Origin: Azolla caroliniana
Taxonomy: Eukaryota > Plantae > Polypodiophyta
Length of the DNA stretch: 64,000 nucleotides
Reading direction: 5' to 3'
Assembly: GCA_043228905.1 (NCBI GenBank)
Contig: JBHGNT010000012.1
Location: forward strand, 20,088,001 to 20,152,000
Of the stretch, positions 1 through 12,771 are shown piece by piece; the first letter of the stretch is position 1; each line of letters starts with the position of its first letter. The position numbers were made by a program, and so were the translations under genes. The notes under the pieces were generated by a model. It was not told the origin of the DNA, searched no databases, and worked only from the letters and a program-made list of their open reading frames with translations.

Positions 1-2
1 CC

Positions 3-716
3 TATAATAACGCTATCCACGCATCGACTAAAGTTACGCCATTCTATGCTTATACGGGATGTCATCCCCGGTGGTCTGTCCTTGAAGTCCCAGAAGTGTC
101 CACAAATCCGTGCGCGGAGGATCGTTTGGAGCGATTACGCAAGATACAAGAAGATTTATCTACTCAACTCCAGCATGCTCAACAATCACACAAGGACTAC
201 GCAGATCGTCATCGACTTCCATCCAGTTTTAACATTGGGGATCGGGTGTGGCTGCTACGACGACACATCAAGACTACTCGCCCATGTGAAAAATTGGATT
301 ATCGGCGATTAGGTCCTTTCCGTATTATCGGAAAGATTAATGATGTCGCTTTTCGTCTCGATCTACCTCCGCAACTTCGGATACATCCGGTATTTCATAG
401 TTCCCTCCTTGAACCTTATCACGAGAGCACTATCCCAGGACGGATTACACAACCTCCACCTCCTATCGAGCTTGAAGATGGACCTGAGTATGAGGTTGCT
501 GCTATCCTTGATTCCAAGATTGTTCGCAATAAGCTCTACTATCTAGTCGATTGGCTAGGGTATAGTCCCAGCAAGCGTACTTGGGAGCCGATCGAGAACG
601 TGACCAATGCTCGTGCTCTTCTTGAAGACTTCCATCGTCGATATCCAGAGAAACCGGGTCCTCAATCTAAAACGACTCGTGGAACTCGTCGTTTTAAAGG
701 GGGGATAGTGTCATAA
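3..716 (+). CDS. Gypsy Pol C-terminus: integrase GPY/F region plus chromodomain (5'-partial)
   Basis: Frame is open from base 3 (YNNAIHASTKVTPF...) into ORF 96-716; chromodomain YEVAAILDSK...YYLVDWLGY...TWEP. Confidence 0.93.
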   Translation, partial: YNNAIHASTKVTPFYAYTGCHPRWSVLEVPEVSTNPCAEDRLERLRKIQEDLSTQLQHAQQSHKDYADRHRLPSSFNIGDRVWLLRRHIKTTRPCEKLDYRRLGPFRIIGKINDVAFRLDLPPQLRIHPVFHSSLLEPYHESTIPGRITQPPPPIELEDGPEYEVAAILDSKIVRNKLYYLVDWLGYSPSKRTWEPIENVTNARALLEDFHRRYPEKPGPQSKTTRGTRRFKGGIVS

Positions 717-845
717 CTAGACTCGAACCCATAACCTGTTGTTACATGGGTCGAGTCTTTACCGTTATATTATACATTGTAATTCGAAGTATATTATTTT
801 CATTTATATTTTATTAGGAAATGGATGTATATTCCAGATTTCTCT

Positions 846-891
846 GGAACATTCTAGAAACTTCAGGAGTATTCCTGAAGACACTATAAAA
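846..891 (+). promoter_or_regulatory. Perfect 4-unit heat-shock element plus TATA box in the chromovirus LTR
   Basis: gGAAcaTTCtaGAAacTTCa at 846-865 matches nGAAnnTTCnnGAAnnTTCn; TATAAAA at 885-891. Confidence 0.7.
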
Positions 892-919
892 GGAGGCGCA
901 AGGCATTAGTTCGAACCAA

Positions 920-1019
920 NNNNNNNNNNNNNNNNNNNNNNNNNNNNNNNNNNNNNNNNNNNNNNNNNNNNNNNNNNNNNNNNNNNNNNNNNNNNNNNNN
1001 NNNNNNNNNNNNNNNNNNN
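920..1019. other. Assembly gap (100 N)
   Basis: Run of N. Confidence 1.
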
Positions 1020-2610
1020 ACACGTGGCCAGCATTTCACTATAGTAGTATTTTATCGATCAATTGGTCCGATTTGTTTGCACACACATTCAAGGGTGCGT
1101 ATCGCGTGTAACATTCATTCACACACACACACACACATATGAGAGTGTCTCTACTAGAGAACTTGCTTTTTGGCTAATGAAACAAGAAACCCAAAAGAAA
1201 GAAAAAGAAAAAATAAAATAAAATAAAATAAAGAAAAAGTGGGGGAGGGGGAGGGGGAAAAAACAAAGAAGTGTGACGACAATGCTGACATCACTCTCTG
1301 ACAGATAATACAGAAATAATAATAATAATAAATAATCAATTTCAATATTTTCTTTTTCTTTTCTCAAAAACAAAAACACAAAAAGCAATAAATGGTAATA
1401 AAATTGCCGGTGCTGACGTGGCGGGCGACCGCGCCGCCGCCAGCATTTAATCGAGGCTGACGTGGCGCCGCCCGGTGACGTCAGCGGGGCCACGGCACGT
1501 GCCCCCATTCAAAAAGAAAATAATAATAACAAATAAATTTAGTTTCGTATTTATTTTCGTTTCCTTTTTTCTTATCGTTCTTCCTCTCTGTCTCTCTCAT
1601 TTATTTTTTTGTTTTATTTTTCCGCCTTCTTATTTTTTATTGGACGGTTTTGGGTGCGACTCGAACCACCGACCTTCCTCTCTCTCCTCTTCGTTCATAA
1701 CAATGTTTTTTTTTTCACTTTTTTTTGTTTTTTTTTTTTTTTGCTTTAAATTTTAATAAGACCATATATTCCCATGGTTTTGTTTCGGGGATCAGGACTC
1801 ATGTGTCCATTTTTACATGACCCACAAAAGTGTTCATGTTTTCCGACAATTGCTCTTATATAACACTCGGACAATTCATATTGACCGACACATTAGCCGT
1901 CCTTTGATCTTATATGGCTCCCGTGTCCTAATATAACCTTTGTAAAAAGCATTGATGTCAGAAGTTTTATGTTTGACTCTTAAGCACCCACGAAGGGTAC
2001 CCTCCTCCATAAGCACACAAATCCACCCATATCTTGGATTCTACTAGCTCCCAGACCACATCTTCGTTTAAAGATTATCAATTATTAGGCCGCCAAATCA
2101 CAAATGATTAATCTTATAAACTTCTGTGGCCCTCCACACCATATAACATTACATGTGATTGACATTTTTTTTTAATGAGCAAGCCATCGATATTCCCAGA
2201 TTTCCTCAACCTCACTTCGTCACTTGCGTCTTTGTTATTAAAAGTATTATTCTTCATCCTTGGTGGCTGGTTCTAGAAAGTTGTGTGCAAGTTTTTCGAT
2301 GCACATTTCGAACCCCATTCCTATGATTCTAAATCTCTATATTAACTTCCACTAATAAAGTGAGATATGAAACTCATTAAACAAGATAAGAAAAATGGCA
2401 ATATGTCTGTCAAGAATGTCATGCTTAGAATTTTGAATGTATCACAAAGTTGAGAAAATCTTACTACTATGAGGATGTGAATGTGCATGACATGAACTAA
2501 GATTAACGTAGGATAATGTCTTTGACCGACAATTCATTGGTTAATTAGCAAAAGTTGAGAAATTCAATCTAATTTATAGATCATTAAGGATAGTCAATGG
2601 CAAATGGAGA

Positions 2611-2730
2611 TCACAATCGGCAACGGTTCGATTCGGTTTTTGACAGTGGAAACCAAACCAAACCGTTTAAACCGTTAAGCCACGGTTTCACGGTTCAGTT
2701 CGGTTCAAACCGAACCGTTGCCGATTGTTA
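2611..2730. mobile_element. Short MITE (hAT-like) with terminal inverted repeats
   Basis: ACAATCGGCAACGGTTCG (2613) ... CGAACCGTTGCCGATTGT (2728); internal AACCG/CGGTT repeats; flanking aatggaga/gatggaga (7/8) resembles an 8-bp TSD; related copy at 59216-59677. Confidence 0.8.
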
Positions 2731-3928
2731 GATGGAGATCCACTCACATTGACATTAACTAGGCTAACATATAACATATAAATTATACATCAATCAATAT
2801 TGGCAACCTAATGTCTAGGTAGCTTCTGAAAGGGAGTCCTACGCACTTGGTGGCCCATATAAAAAGGACCCTCTTGTATAAACAAAGCTATAATTTGGAA
2901 ACAACACGTAACGTGCATTGACAATAGAAGTAAGCAATCCATTAATTTGAGCCATCATGAAACTTATATGTGTGTATGTGACACTAAAAAACAATCTACA
3001 TTCATAAACATATTATTCTTTCATAAAAGTATACACATAAACATATTTTGTTTAAACGTGTGTGCATATCCCTATTTCATATTGATAAGTGTCTATTATT
3101 GTGAAAAATGTACAAGGTATACCACATTATTTCTAAACTAGAAATAATGTGAATCTAGCTTTTAGATGCATACTATGGTGATATATTGTGTAAAATATAT
3201 CTAACTTCCATTTGTTAAAGGCACAATATGGAAGCATCACTTTTATATTACCACAAGAAATTAGATAATAAACCAATTTTGTATACACAACGATGTTATA
3301 GCTATAAAGATTGTGCTTTGTAATCTTACAGTTATGGGTTTCAGACTATAAACGACGGGCCTAATATTAACTTCCTCATAAAAGATATTCATGACTTTTT
3401 AGTCAGAGATCATGTATATGAACAGTGTGCTCACACTTTTCTCCTGAAAAAATATGTTTACGAATTAACTTTGCACAACCCGAAGTTTGAAAATGATGGC
3501 ATTGCATTAAAAAGATGAGTATAAATGACAAACACTAAGGTTTCTTCCCTTTTCTGTTGAGCATAAACAAGATGATTATGTTAGAGAATAAATGGTACAT
3601 ATTGGTGGCATGATTTAAAGGGATCAGCTCACTCACTTTAGGTTGTATTCATGGGTGGCAAGCTTTGGAATTTAAATTGACATTTCAACTGCCGACTTTG
3701 TGCCAAACCTTTCCTGTTCTAAACAAAATGGTACAATATCGAAAGGCACTTTCAGTTATTTGGCTGTATTTTTTTGTCTTCATAAATTCTTCGTCAATGT
3801 GGACAACCAACTAAAGCTACATCCCGTACATTTATATAATCCCTATAGTTTTTACATGAAAAATATCTATATGAAAATGTATCAGGTTCTAAAATGTTGG
3901 AGAATGATCTAAAATCAACGTTTAGGTA

Positions 3929-4434
3929 CATGATAAACCGATGGAATATGAACATGAGGAGGTTGCGGATGCTATTATGGTGAGGCATGGTATGATGGAA
4001 AATTTTTTGATCCCTCCGAATCCACAAATACAAACTGATAAACCTCAAATATGGCAATTGGTGAGCAGTATTACAATTTGGTATATTTGGAAGGCTCGAT
4101 GTTTGAAGGTATTTCAAAATATGACTGAAAGACCTGCTCAAATAATCTCCGGAATTTGGATAGAGATTGTACATAATCTTAGAGGGATTTTGGATGGTAT
4201 AAAAGGTAATACGCATCAAGCGGAGCTTAGGCGGGTGGAGTTTCATGCCATTTGGGACATAGGTATATTTTATAGACGGTATTTTGGTAAGGTGGAGTGG
4301 TTCTACTCAACACCAAAGTGTTTATTCAAGCCAATGGTTAGACTTTAGAAAAATATAGGGGATCGGTATAGCTTGTAGGTTTAGCCTTATGGCGGTTTTC
4401 TAATACTAATGTAGTATCTTTTTTTTGGAAAAAA
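3929..4434 (+). mobile_element. 5'-truncated L1-type LINE (ORF2 C-terminus, 3' UTR, poly-A)
   Basis: ORF 3941-4348 has the L1 C-terminal motif IWYIWKARC..VF; A-tail at about 4429-4438; 18-bp TSD AAAATCAACGTTTAGGTA at 3911-3928 and 4435-4452. Confidence 0.9.
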
Positions 4435-4858
4435 AAAATCAACGTTTAGGTAGTATTATCGTACCCACAAACCTAGGAGAAAATATTCTAGCCAAGAGAC
4501 AGCAAATGCACTATGTAAATTTTGGAGAAAGGGAAGACATTAGATTAGAGGGCTTGAGCCATGAGGATCATCAACCTGAGAGACTGAGAAGAGAGAGATA
4601 ACTAAATGTAACTTATGATTAATTATTGATCTATTCGTTCCATCGCGCACGACAATGAGAATTCTCTTATAGACATTTTTTCAACCAATTCCCCTTAATT
4701 CGTAAGGTTCACTTATGTAATATGATCTTGGATACAATAATGTGCTCATTGCCAACCAAGTTAGTATTTTAGAGGTGTGTTGATAGTAATGGTAACTCTT
4801 ATAGCATTTATGTACGTATTGTAAAAACCTATACAGCCATATGGCAAGATGATGTGCT

Positions 4859-5330
4859 ATGGCTCATTCTCTTTCATATATGCTTCCGTCATTACTACTG
4901 AGCATAGATTTGAATGATTTAAGAAAGTCGGTCTTGCGCAAGGAACAAATATTGAAGTTAGCAAGCCCAAACATAATGGAGAAGGAAATACATGTGTTGT
5001 TCAATCTTGCATTGCAACATGGCCTGTTCCAAGATTGGAGCACAATCTTGATCAAAACATAAAGGATATAAAAATATAAACAACTATGACAACCGTTTTT
5101 TATTCTTTTATGGCAAAAGTTTTTTGGGATGTGTAATGGAAACAACATGGGTTGAAGAGAACCAAAGGGCATATGGACAAGAAAGTTTTGGAAAATATCA
5201 TTTCACAAATCAATCATTATCTCACTCTTTGTGTTCTAAGGGAAGAAAGTTGTTGGAAAGATTAATGGCTATAGTGTTGCTTTTTAGACTTTAATAAAAC
5301 ATTTCATAAGGTGCCTCTCAAGCATATTTA
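4859..5330 (+). pseudogene. Degenerate RTE-like LINE reverse-transcriptase fragment
   Basis: LFNLALQHGLFQDWSTILIK resembles the RT N-terminal block; about 5275-5316 reads CCFLDFNKTFHKVP (compare CFVDFKKAFDTVP in ORF 30173-30700). Confidence 0.55.
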
Positions 5331-5847
5331 GAAATCTATGGAAGAGGTACAAACTGAATACACACTTGTAGTTTCTCACATCCATAAGAAGGTGATATGT
5401 CATGTACATACACAGAAGATAGAATTCTAGAATCTTTCACTAGAACACGTTGGTGTTACGCAAGAACCTCCACTCCCACCCAAATTCTTTAGGTTGCATA
5501 GATAAATTTGACAAAAGTTGGTAAGTTTGTACAACAAGATAGTATTGAAGAGATTTCCGTTAGAAATGTTTTCATCATGCTTGTGTCACTACACATATAG
5601 TATGGTGCTCTTACCAAATGGCAAATACTTTTAGAATATATACAAAAGGATGCGAGTCTCATTTTCGTTCATAGTAAGTTGAGTACGATCAATATCTCTA
5701 AAATAAATGTAATGCTTAGAAAGGCATTCCATAAGGATAAACTATAGATTATGTATAATAAGGAGCCACCTGAGATTGTAAAAGCTTCAAATACCTTTGC
5801 CACCACCAAAGCATAGATGGAACAAATGTGCTACTCACCAATTGGAT

Positions 5848-5849
<2 letters not shown>

Positions 5850-5893
<44 letters not shown>
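5850..5893. repeat. (CT)n microsatellite
   Basis: Direct reading. Confidence 0.95.
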
Positions 5894-5897
<4 letters not shown>

Positions 5898-5940
5898 TGA
5901 ATGGGACGCTATTCACCAATTGGTAATGAGATAAGGTTGG

Positions 5941-6410
5941 TCTCAATATAAGGCAAGAATGCCTATTGATCATAACCAACCTTATCTCATTACCAATATG
6001 AGTAGTAATAAAGCCCTCACACTACATCACACTAGATCTCACAACTTACAAGCTAGGTATTGAAGTTGAATCATGGTATCAAAATGTAACAAATTTGAAG
6101 GCATATACAACATGCAATGAAGGCATGGTAGAGGATAAATGTCACTTGCTCTTCGCATGCTCGGCATATAGCGCAATTCGTTCAAGATATGATAAAATAT
6201 TAAGACTTAAGTGCCATACTTAAGACACCACCTAGAAGGTTGAGCTCATATGTGTATGCTTGAGACATTGTGTTTCAATGTACGAATACCCCTTTTTAGG
6301 AAGGAGACACATATCAAGAACACAGTTACACATGTATACTCTAGTCCCATAGGTAAAAACTAACCTCTTTATGGATGATAAATTTTTTTCTAATTTCTAA
6401 TTTCTAATTT
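5941..6410 (+). mobile_element. RTE-like LINE 3' fragment with (TTTCTAA)n tail
   Basis: Alignable throughout to the reverse complement of 12775-13244; ends in short tandem repeats rather than poly-A. Confidence 0.8.
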
Positions 6411-9400
6411 TTCTTTGTGCAACACATCACAGAGTGAGTGAAAAAATGAAACACGTCTCTAGTGAATGCATCCCAACCAACCAAGTCATCTTCTCTCTTC
6501 GACACCACAGTTAATCGACTCAACTTTTACTTCAATTTTGATTCCTAACTTCTCAAAGGGACCAACTTAAACACATTGGTGACAATGTATTGTAAAACTT
6601 ATTAGCTATAAAGGAAGAGAATCAATGCTAGCCTAGAACTTTATTTTGAAAAGGAAAGCAAATACAAATCGACATGAATGTGAAATTTTATTATTTCACA
6701 GTCATATAAGGATAGATCCTACACCTCAATCCTTTGGTGTAAGCATGGATCACCATCAATGGAACATGATGCCTAATAAGGACAAGAGAAAATATGGATG
6801 GAGAGCATTTATAAAAGACTTACATATATAAACCTGTAATGTTTGAATAACGTGCCAAAGAAACAAATTATACTAGATGTGCCTTGTATGAATTTATCTC
6901 TACCTATGTGTGTGTGTGTTGCATTTAATGTGCATTGCTAATTGCACATAAGTCCTATATATTGGCATAGGTACATCAAATGGCTTAATTTCTTACAATT
7001 TTCTGCTAAATATTATTACAAGATAGTTTTATATATGTTTTCTAGAATTTGTAGACATTAATCCTATACTGGTTCAATTTGTCATTATATTTCGTAAATA
7101 TCTTAGTCATTTCATTTATATATTGATAGCTAGGTTGTTCCTTCCATTATACAATGTAGGTAGAAAAGGGTGTGAATAATCTTTGCAAGGTTCACTAGAA
7201 GTATGACTTGTATATAAAGATTAAGTTTTCTTGATCTTCACATTTGAGCTAAATTTTATAATAAGGTAGCTTATTAGGCGATCAATATAACAACGTTCTT
7301 ATGAAATTTATTCTTATGCTTGTCATTTTGTTCTTAACATTAAGCTCACTACGTTTATTTGTTTGGTTTTGACTTCATGTCGGAGTTTGCAAAGGTTCAC
7401 GTGTTGAGTATGTATTCTCAAAGTACGTTTGTGCACATGACAAGCGGATTCATTTGAATATAAATTAAGGAGGTTTCTCGAACCTTAATAAATCCTTGTT
7501 TGCAAAAAATAGCTAGTTATGTGAACCTATTCAAAAGATTTATCATGTATATCCTAAAATTTGATGGTCACACTATCTACATGTCATGGATCTTGTGTGA
7601 AGAATTAGTTGCAAACAAATTTTATGTTTGCCTTTGTTGTATAATCATTCCTTGTGTAGTTTGTGATCAAGGCAAGTGTAAATACCTAAATCCACAATGA
7701 TCTAATGTCGATGTAGACGTCACATGCCATTGCGATGCTATGCCTACATGTAAACAATATTATTTTGCACGATCGTGGTTTAGTTTCTTTGAGAATTAAG
7801 AATGGACTTTACAAGCTATGAATAAAATCTATTTCTGGATTTCAAAGGTGAATATTTTCAAATAGATCAACAATAAGATATGGATGTTTATAGGTCTTTC
7901 TTCTATAAGCCACAATTCAAAATAATAACCCCAAAAAACTTTGGCATACAAACATGGAAAACAAAAGTTATGTCTAAATTAAATTTGTCCTTTTGGAAGT
8001 GGTTGGGCACTCATTTGAATATGAGGATAGCCATGATGATGGCACATAATGAGTTTCTATGATTGACCAGAAATACTCTTTGATGTCATTATAGGCGTGG
8101 GTAGGACGACATCTAGGTCAAGCTTATATGCAAGGTTGTGGTCGGGGAAGGACCAAAAGATTCATGACTACGGTCAGGTGATAGATACATCCAAATGAAG
8201 AACAGGTACAATTATCATAATGGGTCACAACTTAAAGAAAAAACCAAGTGTTGTAAAAGTTTATGTAAGTGAGGCCTACCAAGAGGTAATGCAAGGACGA
8301 AGGCAACAAAAACATGATAGCAAATGTCACGAAATGCATACTTACAGAAGGTGGGAGGTTTACATGCGACAAACAAACACACCCACAAAATACCAGATAT
8401 GAAAAGACAAGTTTTCGATGGCAAAGATACAAATACACATAAAAGGACTTGGCGTGTACGCAAATGAAAAGGCGATAATGGTCAAGGCTTTTTTGGTGTG
8501 AAGAGAAGATTTTGTGTAAAAGTGTGGTATGCAAAGATCGGTTTGGTTTGGTGTCACTATTATCTACTCAAGATTCAATCATGTGTTTGCTTCATACGTA
8601 GAGACAGAGATGTGTATGCCCCACTACATGCACACATTGTCATTTCAATGTTGCTTTACAAAGAAAAGTTTCCGTATTGATTTTCTTCTCAATGAGTTCT
8701 TGTGATTTCATTGGCCTGAATTTTTGTTTTAGAATTGCATGTTATGGGAGATGGAAAACAAAAAAGTTTAAACTCTACACAATCATTATTATTCATACAA
8801 CACACAGAGACAAGCAAAAAAAAGTTGATGTCATATTTTGTCGGTGACAAAACCACATTATTTGTCAGAATGGTTGGCTCTAGGCTAATAACAAGTGATA
8901 AAAAGAAATGAAAAGAATGGTCGTCCATGTTGCGTGTTTTTCCTCTCTTTTTCTTTGTGTTTGTGACCTCATGGTCGGTAGGTATGCCTTCATCATTTCA
9001 TTTATTTGTTTCCATGTAAAACTTACTACTCTTCATCCACATACATTTCTTCTCGTTGATTTTTTTAAACGTAGTTTGGACATATAATGCTAGTTTAGAT
9101 TAATTAGTGCTATAATTATTATCGCTCTTGTATGATTACTTGAATTACACATCAAGCGATTGGACACTCTTGTCCGATGCATAATGCATTTGTGATAGGG
9201 CTCCAACAACCACACCTCGAAAATAAAACCCAATCCATGAAGACAAACATTGATTTTGTTTGTTCCAATTACCCGGTTGTAAAATATAATCTTTTATACG
9301 TATATCATGAGAAGCTATAAGTTTAAAATGGGAAGAAAAGCAATTAGCTCAACAGTTTATGAACCTAAAAGTAGAAAAGTAAGGAATAATTTCAGGCTAA

Positions 9401-12400
9401 ACTTTAAATAAACTTATACTCCAAACCATTCCAATAAAAGTTGATAATTAGAATAACGGAGTAGACTCTAGATCATTACAGCTTGTTGTACGCAATCTAT
9501 GAAAGGATAAGATACAAGAATCGAACAATGTTAGTGTGCTAGTCAAAATACATACATCGATAGTTTTAAAAAATGACAAGTTGAGATAAAAAAGAATAAA
9601 GTGGAATCAAGTTCATAGAATCATCGATATGATGTATGATCATACTATATACGAAAAGGAAGGTCAAAGTGCGTTGTAATCTAAAACTTTCGAAGATAAT
9701 TGTATATTTCATACAAAACTTTGATTCTATTGGTTTCAGTGGGCCAGGGCATAGTATGAACCATACGTACCATACATGCATTTTTGCATTCGAGAATGTT
9801 ACAATCATTTGAGTATGGTAAACACCTGCGAAGTATAGTAAATACCATACTTTTGTATTCATTATTTATTATAAGGTAAATTTTTTTAAGGTAAAAAGTG
9901 TAAAGAAAAACATAAGACTGTTTTGATAACATACGCATTCATTTGCATTCGTATGAAAAAAAATGTTTGCTAATGCATTCAAGTATATTACGTACTATGG
10001 GCAAGAGTGTTCTTTTACAAAACCATGTTTCATGTAAATAGCTTCAATGAAAGACGACAAACTTGGTTGAGAAGAGCCTAGGATTTTCTACTGTGAAGAA
10101 TAAAAAAACTCCTATTTTATCTCTATTTAAACGACAATTCCAATGAAAATGGATTCTAGTTCTATGTGAACTAGTTGTGCTGGCAAATCTTATGAAATTG
10201 TTTCAAGTACAACGACCCATTAAATAAATGTCAAACAAGAATGCCATTTTGTAAAGCTCCCAAATCTTGTAAAAGGAACTATCAATGACTTTTAACAATA
10301 TTTCTATTTGAACATTTAACCGAATCTGCAATATTTCATCGTTTGCCATGTTCATAAAAGTTTAAACAATAGTCTATTTCTTTTTACTCCAAACGCCGAC
10401 AACAACCTCCATGATCAAATTCCATCAATATAGTATTCAAATTGTCTTATTTTGATATATTAGATTGATATTTATCATGCCAACCTTAACCATTTATAGC
10501 TTTTGCCAACCCAAAGTTGCATCCAAACACACGAAGTGAAGCCATTGCCCCTTTGGCACATATTGTTACATATGCATTTCACTTTGTTGAAATTCTAAAC
10601 TTCAAATTTATAAACATGGTGGTGTACTAGTGAGGTTTGGACTTTCTAGTATCGATTAAGGTGGTGGAGTATATGTGTATAAATTGGTTTAAAGTTGCAT
10701 TCATTAGAAAAAAGAATATATGTATAACTTTAGTTCGACATCATGCACACTAAAACATTTCTATTAAAGATCGCTTTATTATATTGATAGATAAATTGGT
10801 CAAAGAACCAAGGGTTTAGGGTAATGTTAATAAAAACTGACTAAACAATCATTATATAAGCATATAGCACATTTGTGTGCAACATACATAAATAATAATA
10901 ATTCAAGTAGGACATCTAAATCCAAATTGAGAAGCTAAATTTGGCATTCGGAATTATTCAAGAATGGTGGTGGAACTCTTCTTGGATCATTACATCCATA
11001 TAAAGAGACTATGATGGTACAATAAGGATTGCATAAGCTCATCACAAAGTGCCTTTCAAAAGGGTTTCATCTTTCACTTGCTTATGGATTTGATCCTTTA
11101 TCTACCCTACCTCTCCATATATTACAAAAATTGTATTTCTCTTATCATATCTAATTATTTCTCGGCATACCTGCATTTGATGAGTACGTGTTCTTAAGTT
11201 AGGATGTGAGTTTTTTTTCGTGAAAGTGAGCTTTTAACCCAAGTTCATCCACTTTTGACAGTGTTATTTTCATCGTCGTGACCTATTTATGACCTAACCC
11301 ATCTCCAATTCATAACACCATATGACATATTTGATACATCCACAATCATCTAATTGCATATGCCCTTCCATCCCATAATCAACCACGTCATTCTCAATCA
11401 TACCTTGCAAAACTTCATCCACATCCCAACGTTTTTTGCTCACATGCATAATCTTGAACCCACCAAACTCAAGTTTTTGTCGCCATATCATGTGCCATAT
11501 GCTATATCATGCTAAAAATTGGTTGTCCCTATATTGTTGTCTCACTAACACCACGTGACATTACATTGTCCCATATATTCCTTAATAGTACCTTGAGGCA
11601 ATGGTATCGTTTTCAACCTTTACAATGTGGAAAGCTACTTTAAACAATACTATGACCCATATATTTCCCTTATACAAATGACATAATGTAGGCCTAAGGG
11701 TTGTGACAATTATATATCAATGCTACCATAATTAGAACTAAGGTTAGTTATGTATCGTGAGTTAGGGCGTGGCCCCCGATAGACTGGTCGTGAATTTATG
11801 TATAGAAGGATTATTAATAAAGAGTTAGCTTTTAGAACGTTAAAGAGAACTACCTTAATGTTTTTTGACATTAATACATTATTGGTAATGTCAATGAATG
11901 GTCAATATACAAGATTTAAGGTGTCATGGATGATCATCTCCCCAAAAGAGCACATTTTCAAAAGCTCGTGTGTGATTTGAATAAGCTTGCAATCAAGCAT
12001 GAGAATCTCGCCATCATGTTTCTTTTTATCCTTTCTTTAGTTTCTTCTTGTAAACATGTCTTACACATTTGTTAGCTCATTAACTTAAAAAAAGACCATG
12101 CTATCGACTCCTCTTTATATTGTGCACCAACGTGTTAATTTCGATAAGTTGCCCTTTTTTTAATCTATACTAGGCTATAAATTGCACAAGGGCATCTCTC
12201 TTATTTTATAGGTAAACGTGTCTTGTTTCTTATACACAATATCTCCCTTACATATAACCTTCGTTTAATGTACTTTGAAAACATGCCACGCATATGCATC
12301 TCTTTTCCAAATGACATGGAATAATGAAAATCATGTGACATCCATCGATTACACTACAAATATGCTAATATATGCATTTTTTAACCATTAAAAATACATA

Positions 12401-12771
12401 TATAATGTACAAACCACATGTATTACACATGACAGAACACATGTTGTTTGGTGCCATCTAAACCATATAGACTAGTATACATATTTTTATGATTTTAAAC
12501 TAACCATCTTTCTATAGCTTCTCCTTGTACAAACGCTCACGCATCATTTGTGATAGTGACAAACACGTTAATTATGGAAGATGGAAGTTGTATTTGCAAT
12601 ATAATATGAAAACCATTTTGGATGGATACTGGATATTTTTTATACACATCAAAATAGTCATATCTATATTGTCGAAAACAGTATCTCTTTGGGTAGCTCT
12701 ACCTTTGTGAATTGTGTAGTTGTCCAAGTGATTAGGGGAGGCATAACTAAGGGGCTTTTAATTGCACGACA

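Larger units (their letters stand above)
1..919 (+). mobile_element. Ty3/Gypsy chromovirus LTR retrotransposon, 3' end (integrase C-terminus, chromodomain, PPT, partial 3' LTR running into an assembly gap)
   Basis: ORF with GPY/F motif (RRLGPFRI...IHPVFHSSLL) and chromodomain; PPT AAAGGGGGGATAG at 696-708; LTR starts TGTCA at 709; LTR alignable to the reverse complement of the 15530-15752 part of the Gypsy C LTR. Confidence 0.95.

Noticed and set aside
6420-12770. Short ORFs in AT-rich DNA (also 32100-34200 and 59700-61200)
   Set aside because: No recognisable domains or consistent splice structure; probably decayed TE sequence that I cannot classify by eye.
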